Positions 1 through 11,940 of a stretch of 64,000 nt of DNA are shown here, in pieces. How positions within the stretch are numbered: the first letter of the stretch is position 1; each line of letters starts with the position of its first letter. Under the pieces are notes generated by a model. The model saw only the letters and a program-made list of their open reading frames with translations, had not been told where the DNA came from and did no database searches. A program made the translations under genes and the position numbers. Source of the stretch: Octopus bimaculoides (lineage: Eukaryota); NCBI RefSeq assembly GCF_001194135.2, contig NC_068983.1, positions 127,100,477 to 127,164,476 on the forward strand. The letters are read 5' to 3'.

Positions 1-2
1 AA

Positions 3-1190
3 TTGCTCTATGCTGATGATGCTGACTTGCTGGCACACACAGAGAAAGATATGCAACATTTAATGGATAGATTTTCCACTGCATGTACATATTTTGGATT
101 CACAGTAAGTCTGAGAAAAACCAAGGTAATGTTTACCCCCACACCTGGACAAATATATACTGAACCAAACATCTTTGTGAACGGAACAAGATTAGAAGTC
201 ATTGACACCTTTGTTTACCTTGGAACCACACTGTCAAGAGATGGTGGTCTTGATGCAGAAATATACCATCGAATAGCGAAGGGAAGTGCTGCATTTGGAA
301 AGCTTGAAAAGCGAGTATGGGCTGATAGAGATATCTCCCTGCAGACGAAAATCAGCATCTACAAAGCGTGTGTATTGACTGCACTTCTTTATTCAGGCGA
401 AACATGGACCACTTACAAGCGTCATGTAAAGATGCTAGAAAGGTTTCATCAAAAGTGTCTAAAACGCATCCTAGGAGTAAAATGGAAGGGTTTCGTAGCA
501 GATACAGTGTTTTTGCGCAGGGCGCACTGTAGCTCAATTGAAAAAAATATTATCCTGGCTCAAATGAGATGGACTGCGCATGTAATTAGAATGAAGGATG
601 ATCGTTTGCCGAAGCGCTTGTTTTATGGTGATCTCAGCTCTGGTGAGCGACCGCGGCAGAAACCGAGAAAGAGGTATAAAGATTGCATTAAACAAAACCT
701 TAAAAAACTAGATAGTTATGAAAGTGCCTGTGAAGGAGATGTTCTGGATCGAAGCAAGTGGAGAGCTTTGTCAGGACGAGCTGTGATGTCTGGGAGGAAA
801 AGATGTTTCAGCAACTTGAGCTTAAATGGGCCTGTCGAAAGGGAAAAATTGTAAACAATGGAGAGTATAGGTGTGTATTGTGTGTGATCGCGTTCTTCTG
901 TCAAAAGCAGGATATGTGAATCACATGAAAACACATGAGGGTAGAAATTCCAGACACCCTAAATACCAACCGCCTTCTGCGACCTGTGGCATATGTCACA
1001 AGGTTTGTAAAACAATACCCGGACTTAAGAGACATATGCTGGTTCACAGAAGCGTTTCCTTAGAATTAGATACCAGCGGGCAAGGATCGAGAGGCCTGAG
1101 CATTTGTCATCTGTGCTGTAGACCTTGTCGCTCAGCAGCCGGACTTCAAATATTTATCGAAACAAATACATAGACACAGATAACATTATG
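3..1190 (+). mobile_element. 3' part of an RTE-clade LINE: reverse transcriptase C-terminal half plus C-terminal C2H2 zinc fingers (frameshifted)
   Basis: ORF 3..854 starts with YADD and has RTE-typical motifs (FGFTVSLRKTKVM, FVYLGTTL, LLYSGETWT, LERFHQKCLKRIL, RLPKRLFYG, RPRQKPRKRYKD). A frameshift near 770 restores ALVRTSCDVWEEK...LELKWACRKG. A second near 870 leads into CIVC-x12-H-x3-H, CGIC-x12-H-x3-H and a degenerate CHLC finger. The element continues upstream of the window. Confidence 0.92.
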
Positions 1191-1974
1191 TATGCATGCC
1201 CACATATAGATATGTGTGTAAGTAAGTGGAATTGAGTGATTAAATGGTGTCATTGAAATGTGTTTTGAATTGAAGTAAGCTTTAATAACTCTATTATACT
1301 GAGTATCCTGTTTTTTATATATTTCTCAGAAAGGGCTAACATAGTAGTTACTCCTAAATTTTCATTGGAAAACAGATATATTATGCATCTTGTACAAGTT
1401 GTCATATAATATTCAATATTCTACATTTACACCATATATGAAATTGAGATGATAGACGCAGAGACATTCATACGCATATATCACACAAGCACACTAACAC
1501 ACGCACATACACACACTCACATACACAGAGATACAGAGAGAGACACACACAGACAACACTAGCACTCAGAGTAACACACCCGCACACAAACACACACATA
1601 TATGAATATATGTATATATTTATATAGAGGAATGTCTGTATGTAAGTTATACATGTGTATTTCTATATAATAATTATACATAAATACATGAATACATAAA
1701 TACACACGTACGTACATGCATACATACATACATACATACATACATACATACATACATACTTATATCATTATTACTTTCTGACCGATTTGCATTTTATTTC
1801 ATCATTCGGCCGTGTTTCACCCAGTGACTTAACGAACGTGTATATTAGACGGAGAGAAACTTCCTTAGAATGTGGGAGGTTGGTGAACAAAACATTAACC
1901 ACTACCCTTCTTGACCATTCCCAGGAAACCTACAACAGGGATGGTTTTGATTTTTAATTGCCACGTCCTATATA

Positions 1975-3320
1975 TGAGGATGTACCCAACAGAAATCGGA
2001 ATTTTGCAAAATCCTTTTACATTTTATTTACTTAGTTTTACATGTTTACACAATCATCGCATTCAAAGTATTCTCCATTCGAAGCAATGCATCGTTCGAG
2101 GCTCATTTGTCGCTGTTCGAATCTGTCCTGGAACTCCTGCGAAGTGGTGCCTTTTAACACCTCCAGCGTTTCTTTTATTCACTTGCTCCACATTTGCAAA
2201 ATATTTCCCTTCAAGGAATTTTTTCATTCGGTGGGACAAATAGAATTTATTCAGAGCAAGATCGGTAGAATAGGGAGGGAGGGTAGGCGGGGTAATGCCA
2301 TTTTTTGTCACAAACAGTCTCACACTGAACGTGGTGAGCGCAGGTGCATTGTCGTGATGAATCCGCCACTATCCACTTTGCCACAGGTCAATGTGTTTTC
2401 ATCCTGCAACGTCTCGATGACGCTTCAGAATTTCCTGATAAAATGTCTGGTTAAGAGTTTGACTAGAAGGAACAAATTCTGCGTGCACAATTGCTTTCGC
2501 ATCGATGAAACAAATAAGCAGCGTCTTGACAATGGATTTCACTTGACACGCTTTTGCGGGGCGTGGTGAGATTGAATTCTTCCATAGATGTGCTTGCTAC
2601 TTCGTTTCCGGGGCCGTAGACTTAGTACCAGCTTACCTCGCCAGGAATGATCTTCAAAAAAGATCTTCACCAGTGATGATCTTCCGGATCAACTTCCAAC
2701 TGTTATTTCAGTTCACAACGCGCATTCAGTCGCGACTGCTTTTGCTCTTCCTTGAGTAAGTTAGGCACAACTTTTACTTCAACCCATTTCATTCGCAATC
2801 CTTCGCTCAAAATTGTTCGGAGAAGCTCCAGAACACACCAGCCATATCAACAAGTTTGTGAACTGTTCGTGGACGGTTCCCCAAGATGAGTTTTCCGAAT
2901 TTTCATGATGTTTTCTTTCGTTCGGGAGGTTGACTGTTACTCTGACGGAGGTTGGTCTTCAAGAAGACAAGTGACCAGTCCCAAAGAGCAAAAACTACTA
3001 GTAAACTTGTGTTTTCTTCGTGGCAGCGTCATTGTATGGTGTTTGAAGCATGACAACTTTCTAGCCGCCGTTTTTCTCAGAAGAAAGTAGAATATCACGG
3101 GAAAACGTTGTTCCTTTGTTTCAGCCAATGCAAAAATCGACGAACATGGGAGAATCATACAAAACACAGAGGTACAACTTGGCAGTACAACTCCAATCGA
3201 AGACGACAGACGGCAGACTGATATCTGAGAGATGTATCAAGTGGTTATTAACTGCAGAAGCCTGAACTATTACAAGCTTGTCCTACAGAACATTTCCGGT
3301 TACTTTTGGGTACACCCTCG
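1975..3320 (-). mobile_element. Full-length but decayed mariner (Tc1/mariner) DNA transposon
   Basis: Imperfect ~28-bp TIRs (TGAGGATGTACCCAACAGAAATCGGAA at 1975; reverse complement of the right end CGAGGGTGTACCCAAAAGTAACCGGAA ending at 3320), flanked by TA at 1973-1974 and 3321-3322. Length 1346 bp. Confidence 0.93.
2063..3127 (-). pseudogene. mariner transposase pseudogene
   Basis: Segments AETKEQR..F.FLL.KTAA, LEDQPPS, KIITG(E/D), HHDNAPAH and PPYSTDLA..FYL..RMKK.L.GKYFANVE, with several stops and frameshifts. Confidence 0.9.
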
Positions 3321-3793
3321 TATCTCAATCCTTAAATTCCAACAGTTTGTTTTCAAATTCCTTTGCTCGGATGTTTCTATCTGTAGGCCTTATCATCCCA
3401 ATTAATAGATATGTTTTTTGTCCTAGACCTGTGATGATGATTTAACATTTAGTATTTATTTGCCTGTCTATTTGTATCGCATAATCCCATAACATGGTAA
3501 CAATATCGCCCTCAGTTACTGGATCTGGATGGTGTTCATACCAGTTGTTAGGTGCGGTATATTATAGTGACGGCATACACTTCAGTGCAAGTATTGGCCA
3601 ATTCGATCATGCCTGATTTTATACTTTGAAGAAGCAAGGACTGAGAAACCAGCAACAATGCGATCAATACTCTCCAGTTTATCATTTTGTCTACTTCATT
3701 GTGTGTGACCTTTTGTTAAAACTTTCGAGTGAGGAGAATCTGATCTTGTGTCACTAGAATAAATCGTATCGTTCTGTTTCGGTTATGCGTTAA

Positions 3794-3992
3794 TGAAAAA
3801 ATAAAAGTCGATAGATATGATAGGTTAGCTTGGGAGGTTAAGCAGTTGTGGTCACTGAAAAAAGGTGGTGGTTGTAGTATCAATAATTGTCGGAGCCCTG
3901 GGAACAGTGCTCGAAAAATAAGGAGTGTTACCTTAATTCACTGATAGTGAACAGGTGGCCCCGTAGTACATCTCCAGCGTTAGAGCCTGTGC

Positions 3993-4037
<45 letters not shown>
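3794..4037 (+). mobile_element. 3' end of a second RLE-type LINE with (AAT)n tail
   Basis: Translates to KVDRYDRLAWEVKQLWSLKK-VVVVSIIVGALGTV (frameshifted), the C-terminus of an RLE domain, followed by a short UTR and (AAT)n at 3993-4037. Confidence 0.7.
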
Positions 4038-4039
4038 TT

Positions 4040-4185
4040 ATCCTAAAGGCAGAGGGCCTGAAACTTGGGGTAGGGACTAGTCGATTATATCGACCCCAGT
4101 GTTTCACTGGTACTTCATTTATCGACCCCGAAACGATAAAAGGTACAGCCGACCTCGGCGGAATTTGAACTCAGAACGTCAAGGC
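4040..4185 (-). mobile_element. tRNA-derived SINE, family 2 (short type)
   Basis: Reverse complement reads GTTCTGAGTTCAAATTCCGCCGAGGTCGGC..TTTCGGGGTCGATAAAT..AAGTACCAGT...CTGGGGTCGAT. It has a B-box-like motif and is homologous to several other copies in the window. Confidence 0.85.
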
Positions 4186-5057
4186 GAACATATAGTTGCT
4201 AATGTTCTCTGCTACCCATGTAGTCGCAAATATAGAAATGATTAATCCAATACAAAGAATATTCAATGCATGAGACAAACTGACGTAGTGACCGTAACAC
4301 ACGGGTCGCATTGTAATTGATTCAGGTATAATGTTGAAGTAATAAGTTTACATAAGCAGGATCGAACTCAGAACGAGAAAGTATACCTAAGAACTTTTGT
4401 ACGAGGCTCCAACGCATCTGCCACATCCTCGGCATTTATTTCCATGTAAGTAGGTGTTATATGAAAAGAAATGATGTTCATTTATTTGTGTTTATGATAT
4501 GGCTCGAGATATTTCTGAAGCAGAAATAAATGCATGTGAATAGATAGTTTGTGATATGTAGCTCACTCAGGCAGTAAAGTCTACTTAATCAGAAACAATA
4601 TATAGATACATATGTTGCGTAAGTCAACGACTGCTTATTGAAATGAACTTTCATGAAGGAATTCTTCTTTAGTATTTATATTCTGCAAAGTTAATAGATC
4701 CGATTATGATAACAATCCTTGATTCAACTGAAATAGACAGTCAGTCATGTAGTAAATAGCGAAACCGAGACTAATGATGCAAGCAGAATTGCTAGTCGTC
4801 TTGTTTCTGAAAGTTTTAACTGTATTTTGGTTTCACTATACACGCCACCACTATTTATTAATTCTGCATGTATTTTTGCTCTGCGTTTGTAATATTTATT
4901 CTTTTCCTTGTAATTCTACTTGCTTCAAATGAAAGAAAATACGTTTACTGATAATAGTATGATGTTAGATTGTATAATATACCGGAATCAACACGCAATA
5001 TATTACTATATATTCATATTCGATAGCCTCATGCATATTTATATATACATACATACA

Positions 5058-5135
<78 letters not shown>

Positions 5136-5947
5136 CATACATACATACATACATACATACACACACACCCACACACACACACACACATATATACATGTGC
5201 ACTTACACACGCGTATGCAACGCACATTTACATACATGAATAAAAGTATTTAGATACGTTCTTATGAATTTGCAAAGAAGGAGAAACAATCAAAATAGAA
5301 TTATATTCCACTTAATCCTGTCGCTCTGTTATCAAAACAAAACCTATTAAGATCGACTTGCCTTGGTCATTTGGAAAGCATTACTGGGTCAGGCAATGGC
5401 AGTATAGCAAAGATCATCGCTGGCACAGTGTAGCTCCCTAAGTCGTCTAATGTTACGGTGTTTTACTATAGGAACAAGGGTATAACGTTAGATATTTTAG
5501 TTGTCATTTGTAACCTGTTTGTTGACCGAGTGAACTTAGGCACCAGGGTCGCTGAATGAAGTGTGACTTTCTTGTGCGAAGCATAGTTACGTTTTGAAGG
5601 AATTTAGCTAATGTTCCACGTTAATACATGCATATTAAATTTTTCAGGATTTTTAGAGTCTCAAATTAATGAATTCAAATTTGTTCACCTTTCTTGACAC
5701 TACACCGATAGTTCTCTAAACACATTTACTGAATATACTAAATTTACTGAATATACTACCCGCTACCTGATACTGGATTTATAAACCAACATGAAATATC
5801 CAAAAAAAAAAAACCGACTATAATCGGCAATGTATACGTATGGCCGAATTCCGCCCACAATATTCACAAGGCTGGCCATGTTGAATATGTGCTTATACTT
5901 TGCAGAAAGTGGACTTCTTAATTTCTCTCAGCACAGAAAAGTAATTA

Positions 5948-6010
5948 ATAGAATCCTGAAGAAGGTATTACCGAAATTCAATACTCGAATAATCGAATAA
6001 TCGAATCTGT
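5948..6010 (+). ncRNA. possible degenerate type I hammerhead ribozyme
   Basis: CTGAAGA-A-GGT ATT ACC-GAAA core. Helix I ATAGAATC/GAATCTGT gives 7 of 8 pairs with an AUC cleavage triplet. Helix III is only 3 bp and disrupted by a TCGAATAA tandem repeat. Confidence 0.35.
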
Positions 6011-8054
6011 ATTTTTCCATGACTGCTGGGAGAACCGGGGTGTATTCATGTAATGTAGTTTTGCACCGTAGTTAATCTATACTAATTTAATATATGTTAG
6101 TAACATTGTCTTGAAATAATATATTGTATACGCTGCATTGATTCCCAAGCTTTATTCATGTGTGTTCATACCAATAGGTAAACATATACACATTCATACC
6201 ATCATATATATATATATACATATATATACATACATATATATATATATATATANNNNNNNNNNNNNNNNNNNNNNNNNNNNNNNNNNNNNNNNNNNNNNNN
6301 NNNNNNNNNNNNNNNNNNNNNNNNNNNNNNNNNNNNNNNNNNNNNNNNNNNNNNNNNNNNNNNNNNNNNNNNNNNNNNNNNNNNNNNNNNNNNNNNNNNN
6401 NNNNNNNNNNNNNNNNNNNNNNNNNNNNNNNNNNNNNNNNNNNNNNNNNNNNNNNNNNNNNNNNNNNNNNNNNNNNNNNNNNNNNNNNNNNNNNNNNNNN
6501 NNATATATATATATGCAAACGTGTATATGTGTGTGTTTGTGCGTGTGTGCCTGTGGTTGGGTGGTGCTGAATCTGTGCAATGTTTCGTGCGCCTATAAAT
6601 TATTGACAATTATTATCAGCCTAAAACGTGGAAGTTACTGTATAAATTATTGAATAAAACTTATGCCGTGAACTACAATATGATAACCTGGAGCATTTCA
6701 CATTAATATATTGTAAACATTCGTTCATGAATAATTATATTTGTAGTCTCTATAGGCAAACTCTCTCACATAAAACAAGGTTACAAGATATCAAACATTA
6801 TCGCATCAGTTATCCCTAATATTACCCAAATGCAATCACCTAAGTGGGTTTCCCGTTGTTAAATGGGCGAACGGGAAGACTTACAACGAACATGATGCTT
6901 AAATAAAGCGAACTATTTCTAACATATCCATTGATGTTAGATCCATCAAAACTCATTGTTTTTCTTTCTCAAAATAAAGAAATAATGAAGCAATGAAATA
7001 GGCCAACTGGAGAAATAACAGCCATCATATAATTTCAAATTCGACCTATTCAAACAATAAACGTTTTTTACTGGTTTAATTCTGAAGGTTTATCAACAAG
7101 TTGTTATACGTAAAGTACCCAAATTAAGATAGCTAAATATCACAGGAGTTACTAGAAACTCAATTCATGTAGCATTCCACGGATTATTTTGTCTCAGGCA
7201 TGCAAATAATCCCCGAAACTAAAATCTGAATACAATATATCATAGGTCTGATTTAGAAAGGCGGCACTTCGAGTTAAACAGCAACAGTAATTCGATTACA
7301 ATTTTGTACATAAATAAAGAACAATAACATCAGTGGTTACTTCCGAATGATTTATTTAATCTCTCGTAATTTGTCTCTACTCCTATCTACGAAATATATT
7401 GGATTTTTTGTGGGTAGGTGACACATTTTAAAACGAAAATATCTATTGCAAGGTATATACTTCTCATTTTTTGAGAAGCTAAAATCTGCTGAAAGTCGTT
7501 TAATCACCGAGCAATATTGAGGCATAGCCATTTCTCCATTGAAGCCTTATTTTAAAGAAATACGGATCGGAGTTTTGAATGATTGACTGATAGTTCAATG
7601 CCAATATAAATATTCTATGGCTAAGTATATTTCAACAGATTTCACCGATTATATACCTTATAGAGATAAAGGTAATCTGGGAAAAATCTAATTTGTCAAT
7701 GCCAGTTTGTACACATTATATAAAAATAGATGTTTCAAATATGCAACATGCTGTCATTAGCAAATAGGCCTAACAAAGCTGTGTACGGTCTCTTCTAATG
7801 TAAGCAAAGACAAGATTGAATCTTAGTTTTTATAGTTGAAATTTAAGATAAAATATTTGATAAATTTGTATGCGTATCCATGCATATGGGTATATATGCG
7901 CAACAACATATTTATGTGAATATGAGAATATATTCTTTTGCATATTTTAAATTTTAACCCGGATTTTGTCTTCTTAACGCTTCAATAATTTTTTATAGAT
8001 CATACCAAAGGATACTGAATTGCATCTATATGTACGCGTGGATTTTTACGAGTA

Positions 8055-8164
<110 letters not shown>

Positions 8165-8301
8165 CCTATATTTTTGTTTTAATTGACTTATCTCAAATGA
8201 GGGTACAGTGCAATGTATGCATCAGTGTGTCTCTCTGTTGCTTTTACACAATCAGCCACTGAGTCACTATCTCCCTCCCAGGATCCCCTTCTCTTTCTTT
8301 C

Positions 8302-8341
<40 letters not shown>

Positions 8342-9933
8342 TACACATCAATCATGTGTCTGTATATATATAAATATATATGTATGTATATATATNNNNN
8401 NNNNNNNNNNNNNNNNNNNNNNNNNNNNNNNNNNNNNNNNNNNNNNNNNNNNNNNNNNNNNNNNNNNNNNNNNNNNNNNNNNNNNNNNNNNNNNNNNNNN
8501 NNNNNNNNNNNNNNNNNNNNNNNNNNNNNNNNNNNNNNNNNNNNNNNNNNNNNNNNNNNNNNNNNNNNNNNNNNNNNNNNNNNNNNNNNNNNNNNNNNNN
8601 NNNNNNNNNNNNNNNNNNNNNNNNNNNNNNNNNNNNNNNNNNNNNNNNNNNNNNNNNNNNNNNNNNNNNNNTATATATATATATATATATATGGGTATGC
8701 GTCTACACATGCACGCATACAAACCTCTACGCACACATGCATATACATAAATATAGATTTTTGTGTATATATTTTTGTTCTATTTTATATTCATATAAAA
8801 GTGCGTGTTTCTGTAGAGGCTTAACACCACTCTATGAATATGTATTGGTAGATTGAAGTAGATATACAATGATTGATGTGAGGGCGCTTTGAAGTATGAT
8901 TGAGAAAATCTTCGATTATATCTCTATTAATGGAGACATCTTTTAGCAGCTGAATCATTTCCTGGCCTATTATTGATATTCTATATATCAATAGATTGAC
9001 GTGTAGCCTGGATATAATAGGATTTATCTATGTAAACCTTGATTTTTGTGTTAAGGAAACCGGAGTAGAAAAGACTTTTAACAATAGACTTATAAAATAT
9101 TCCTTGTCTCCGATATATCATAGAATACAGATAAGAGCCAAGGTGCAGTTAGTTATATGCTCACTCGACCTACTAGCAAAAGAGCAGTGAAATTTCCCTT
9201 AACTTACGCCTTAAAGTATAATCAAAGCACAGGTTTGCTTACGTAGTTATAGATACACTAATATTGAAATGCCGATAGGATGATCGCAAACAGAATGCGT
9301 TTCCTCCGTATGTATGCTCCATCACATATATCTTGGATCCAAACAGTAAAAATAATAATAGAAATGTAGAATATGTTGACCTAAAATATTTATACATATT
9401 CACCATGACAACTATAATTTCATTTCGTTATGTATTATTGCAACTAAGTATAATACTTATATTTTACAATATACGAAGGTTCTCACATGATTTGAACCTA
9501 GAAGATGAAGATATTGCACACAACGGTGTTAGTAAGTTACTTTAGTCACATATGTAACTTCCTCCAAGAAATATATATTTCACCTCCTCAGAAATACTCG
9601 AAGGTGGAAAAGAATTCAGAAACGAAATATTCTACTTTCGAAATATCTTTTACACAATATTCATACGGAAAACTTAGGCTCTCCATCAATCGACGCCAGA
9701 ATTGACATGAACATGGCTGGGCATTCCTGTGACAAATGTATGCTTAATGTGCAACCCACCCGATAGTTTTCTATAGAGTCTCCTCCCCACACAGACTATG
9801 GGTAGGTAGGTGATTGAGAAAATAGTGCTTGCACAAAAATCCACGTTGTGGGATTGAATCCAATACCACGTGGAAACGGAACCTCACTTTATACACACGC
9901 ACAAACACACACATACATATGTATATGTAGATA

Positions 9934-11893
9934 CTAGCTGGTGTATCCGGTAATTCCCGGGAGTAGAGATGTTCTATTGAAACGACTTATTACTCTGATA
10001 TAAGAAAGCAATTTCGTTATAACTGCCACAAAAGATGTATTTTCCGTCGCGAAAAAGTACAAGAATCTGTCAGCTGTAGAAGGGAGAAATTGTTGGAAGT
10101 TCGCAAGAATGTACTCTGACTCGTCGTGGCATTCTAAATGTGAACTTTATGAAGAAGGCTAATTTATTAAAGATAATGTATAAATGTAGTATATATGTAT
10201 ATAAATATATAAATGAAGTGTTTAATGTTTGACAATGAAATGAAAAAAGTGCAATAATAACGCTCACACTCACTGATGGTCGCTTTCATTAACTGCCTTT
10301 AGCTTACGGAGTTCTTGTTTTTATAACTATCGAAAAGCAGCCAGAAGGATAGGCATATTGTTGACAACAAATGATATCGTTGGAGGTCTGTTATCTCCAT
10401 TCCAGATCCTGGTGGCCTAGAACATATTAGAAGGGTCAAGTGGCAAAGACATTATTCTGCTTAGCGAAAGCATCTGGGAAATATATAACTGCTATTATTC
10501 ACAGAAAAATTATTGTTTTACCGAGAGAAAAGCACAGTTGAGGTGTTAAGTAAAATTTGGCAATCGAGGATCGAATTCACGCTATGCCTGTATGAAGCCA
10601 CTACAAATACGTTGTAGAATAAAAAGATTATCTACTGTCGTGAAAGAAGACTAACTTTAAAAATGCAGAGTTATCGGTGTAATGGGCATTAAAATAAGTA
10701 TGAATGTATAGAAACGTATGAATAAAGTTTTTAAGGTTTACGATTCAAATCAAAGAACTGCAATAAGAATGTTGAGTAGTTCAAAACTGAGTAGTGAAAT
10801 GCAGAATTTGGTCGGCTGATCGTGAGAATCAAATATTGATCGCTTCACTAAAAACTGCAGGTTCTATGGGTTATTTCCCTTTGGTTGTTTAAATAATATA
10901 TTAGTAATATGTAGTAGATATAAGGAACCATAGGAGAGGCACTATTATCGAGTCTTTCAACGATCTTAGTATGTCACGAGGTTTCCACACGTGAGTTCTA
11001 CTCACGTGTCAAAAAAGTATAAAAGTGATATTGTCTGCAAAAATTAGAAATTGGACAAACAAAAAGTAAATCAATAATCGAAACAATCGAACATAAACAA
11101 ACGAACTGTAAAATATTTCTATATTCGATGGTTTAATGAAAATGTATGAACTATAAATAAGCAATAAATATTATGATTTGTAAAATAAGTAAAAGTGATA
11201 CAGTGTGTCCCAACTGAATGTGCTGTAGAAGTTTAGTTTCATTTTTTAAGAATTTTAAACATTCAAAGTATGAGTTCATAGTATAGGGACACACTTATTA
11301 AATTCGTTCTGAAAAAAAAAAAATCATGTACTATCATCGAAGAATTTTAACTGGAAAAATGCAGAATTATCGGAGTTATGGGTAATGAAAATGTACATGC
11401 ATCACGAAAAGTGCAGCAATAAGGTTTAGAAGTAAAAATTTGTGAGTAGTGAAATGCAGAATTCAGTACGCTGAATCTGGAATGAAAATTTTATGTACTG
11501 GAAACATGCAGAATTATTTGAGTTATGGGCACTGAAAGTGTACATGCACCAAGAAAGTGCAATAATAAGATTTAGCAGTTGAAAACTGTGAGTAGTTTCG
11601 CTAAACACAAACAACTCTAAGTGCAGGTACTATGGGTTATTTCCCTTGAGTGTTTAAAAAATATTGTGCAGGTGCTATGGTTTTTTTGCCGTTTGATGTT
11701 TAAACAAATTACTTATATGCGGTAGACATAAAGATCCCTAGCAGGGCCCGTATTATCGATTTTATTGCAACAATCTTAGTATGTCACGATGTTTCCAGAC
11801 CTGAGTTCTACTCACGAGTCAATTTTCATGAGAATCAATAGAACGACGTAGGATGAGTTAGCTAACAACGCCACAAGCACACACCCATTTTCT

Positions 11894-11928
<35 letters not shown>

Positions 11929-11940
11929 CGTTATATAAGA
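9934..11940 (-). mobile_element. probable non-autonomous Helitron (~2 kb) with internal tandem repeats
   Basis: Minus-strand 3' end is a CCGG-GAATTA-CCGG hairpin followed by ATACACCAG-CTAG|T (CTAG at 9934-9937). The candidate 5' end TCTTATATA is near 11940, next to a (TA)n tract. The architecture parallels the element at 56304-57226. Confidence 0.55.

Larger units (their letters stand above)
1763..3760 (-). mobile_element. 3' remnant of an RLE-type (R4/Dong-like) non-LTR retrotransposon, interrupted by a mariner insertion
   Basis: Minus-strand translation 3675->3323 gives ESIDRIVAG..VLASSKYKIRHDRIGQYLH*..C.HY..NNWYEHHPDPV.EG..VTMLWD..IQIDRQI...YLLIGMIRPTDRNIRAKEF. It resumes after the mariner as RTWQLKIKTIPVVGFLGMVKKG. 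This is the knuckle plus PD-(D/E)xK restriction-like endonuclease region, with stops and frameshifts and a short AAT tail near 1763-1772. Confidence 0.8.

Noticed and set aside
13-19. CTGATGA hammerhead-like box
   Set aside because: It is the coding sequence of the RT YADD motif, with no helix II or GAAA following.
2042-2569. 175-aa plus-strand ORF
   Set aside because: Antisense shadow of the mariner transposase; no independent protein features.
10660-11820. Recurrent repeats considered as a CRISPR-like array
   Set aside because: Units are long, degenerate and irregularly spaced, with no unique spacers or cas genes, in a eukaryotic context.
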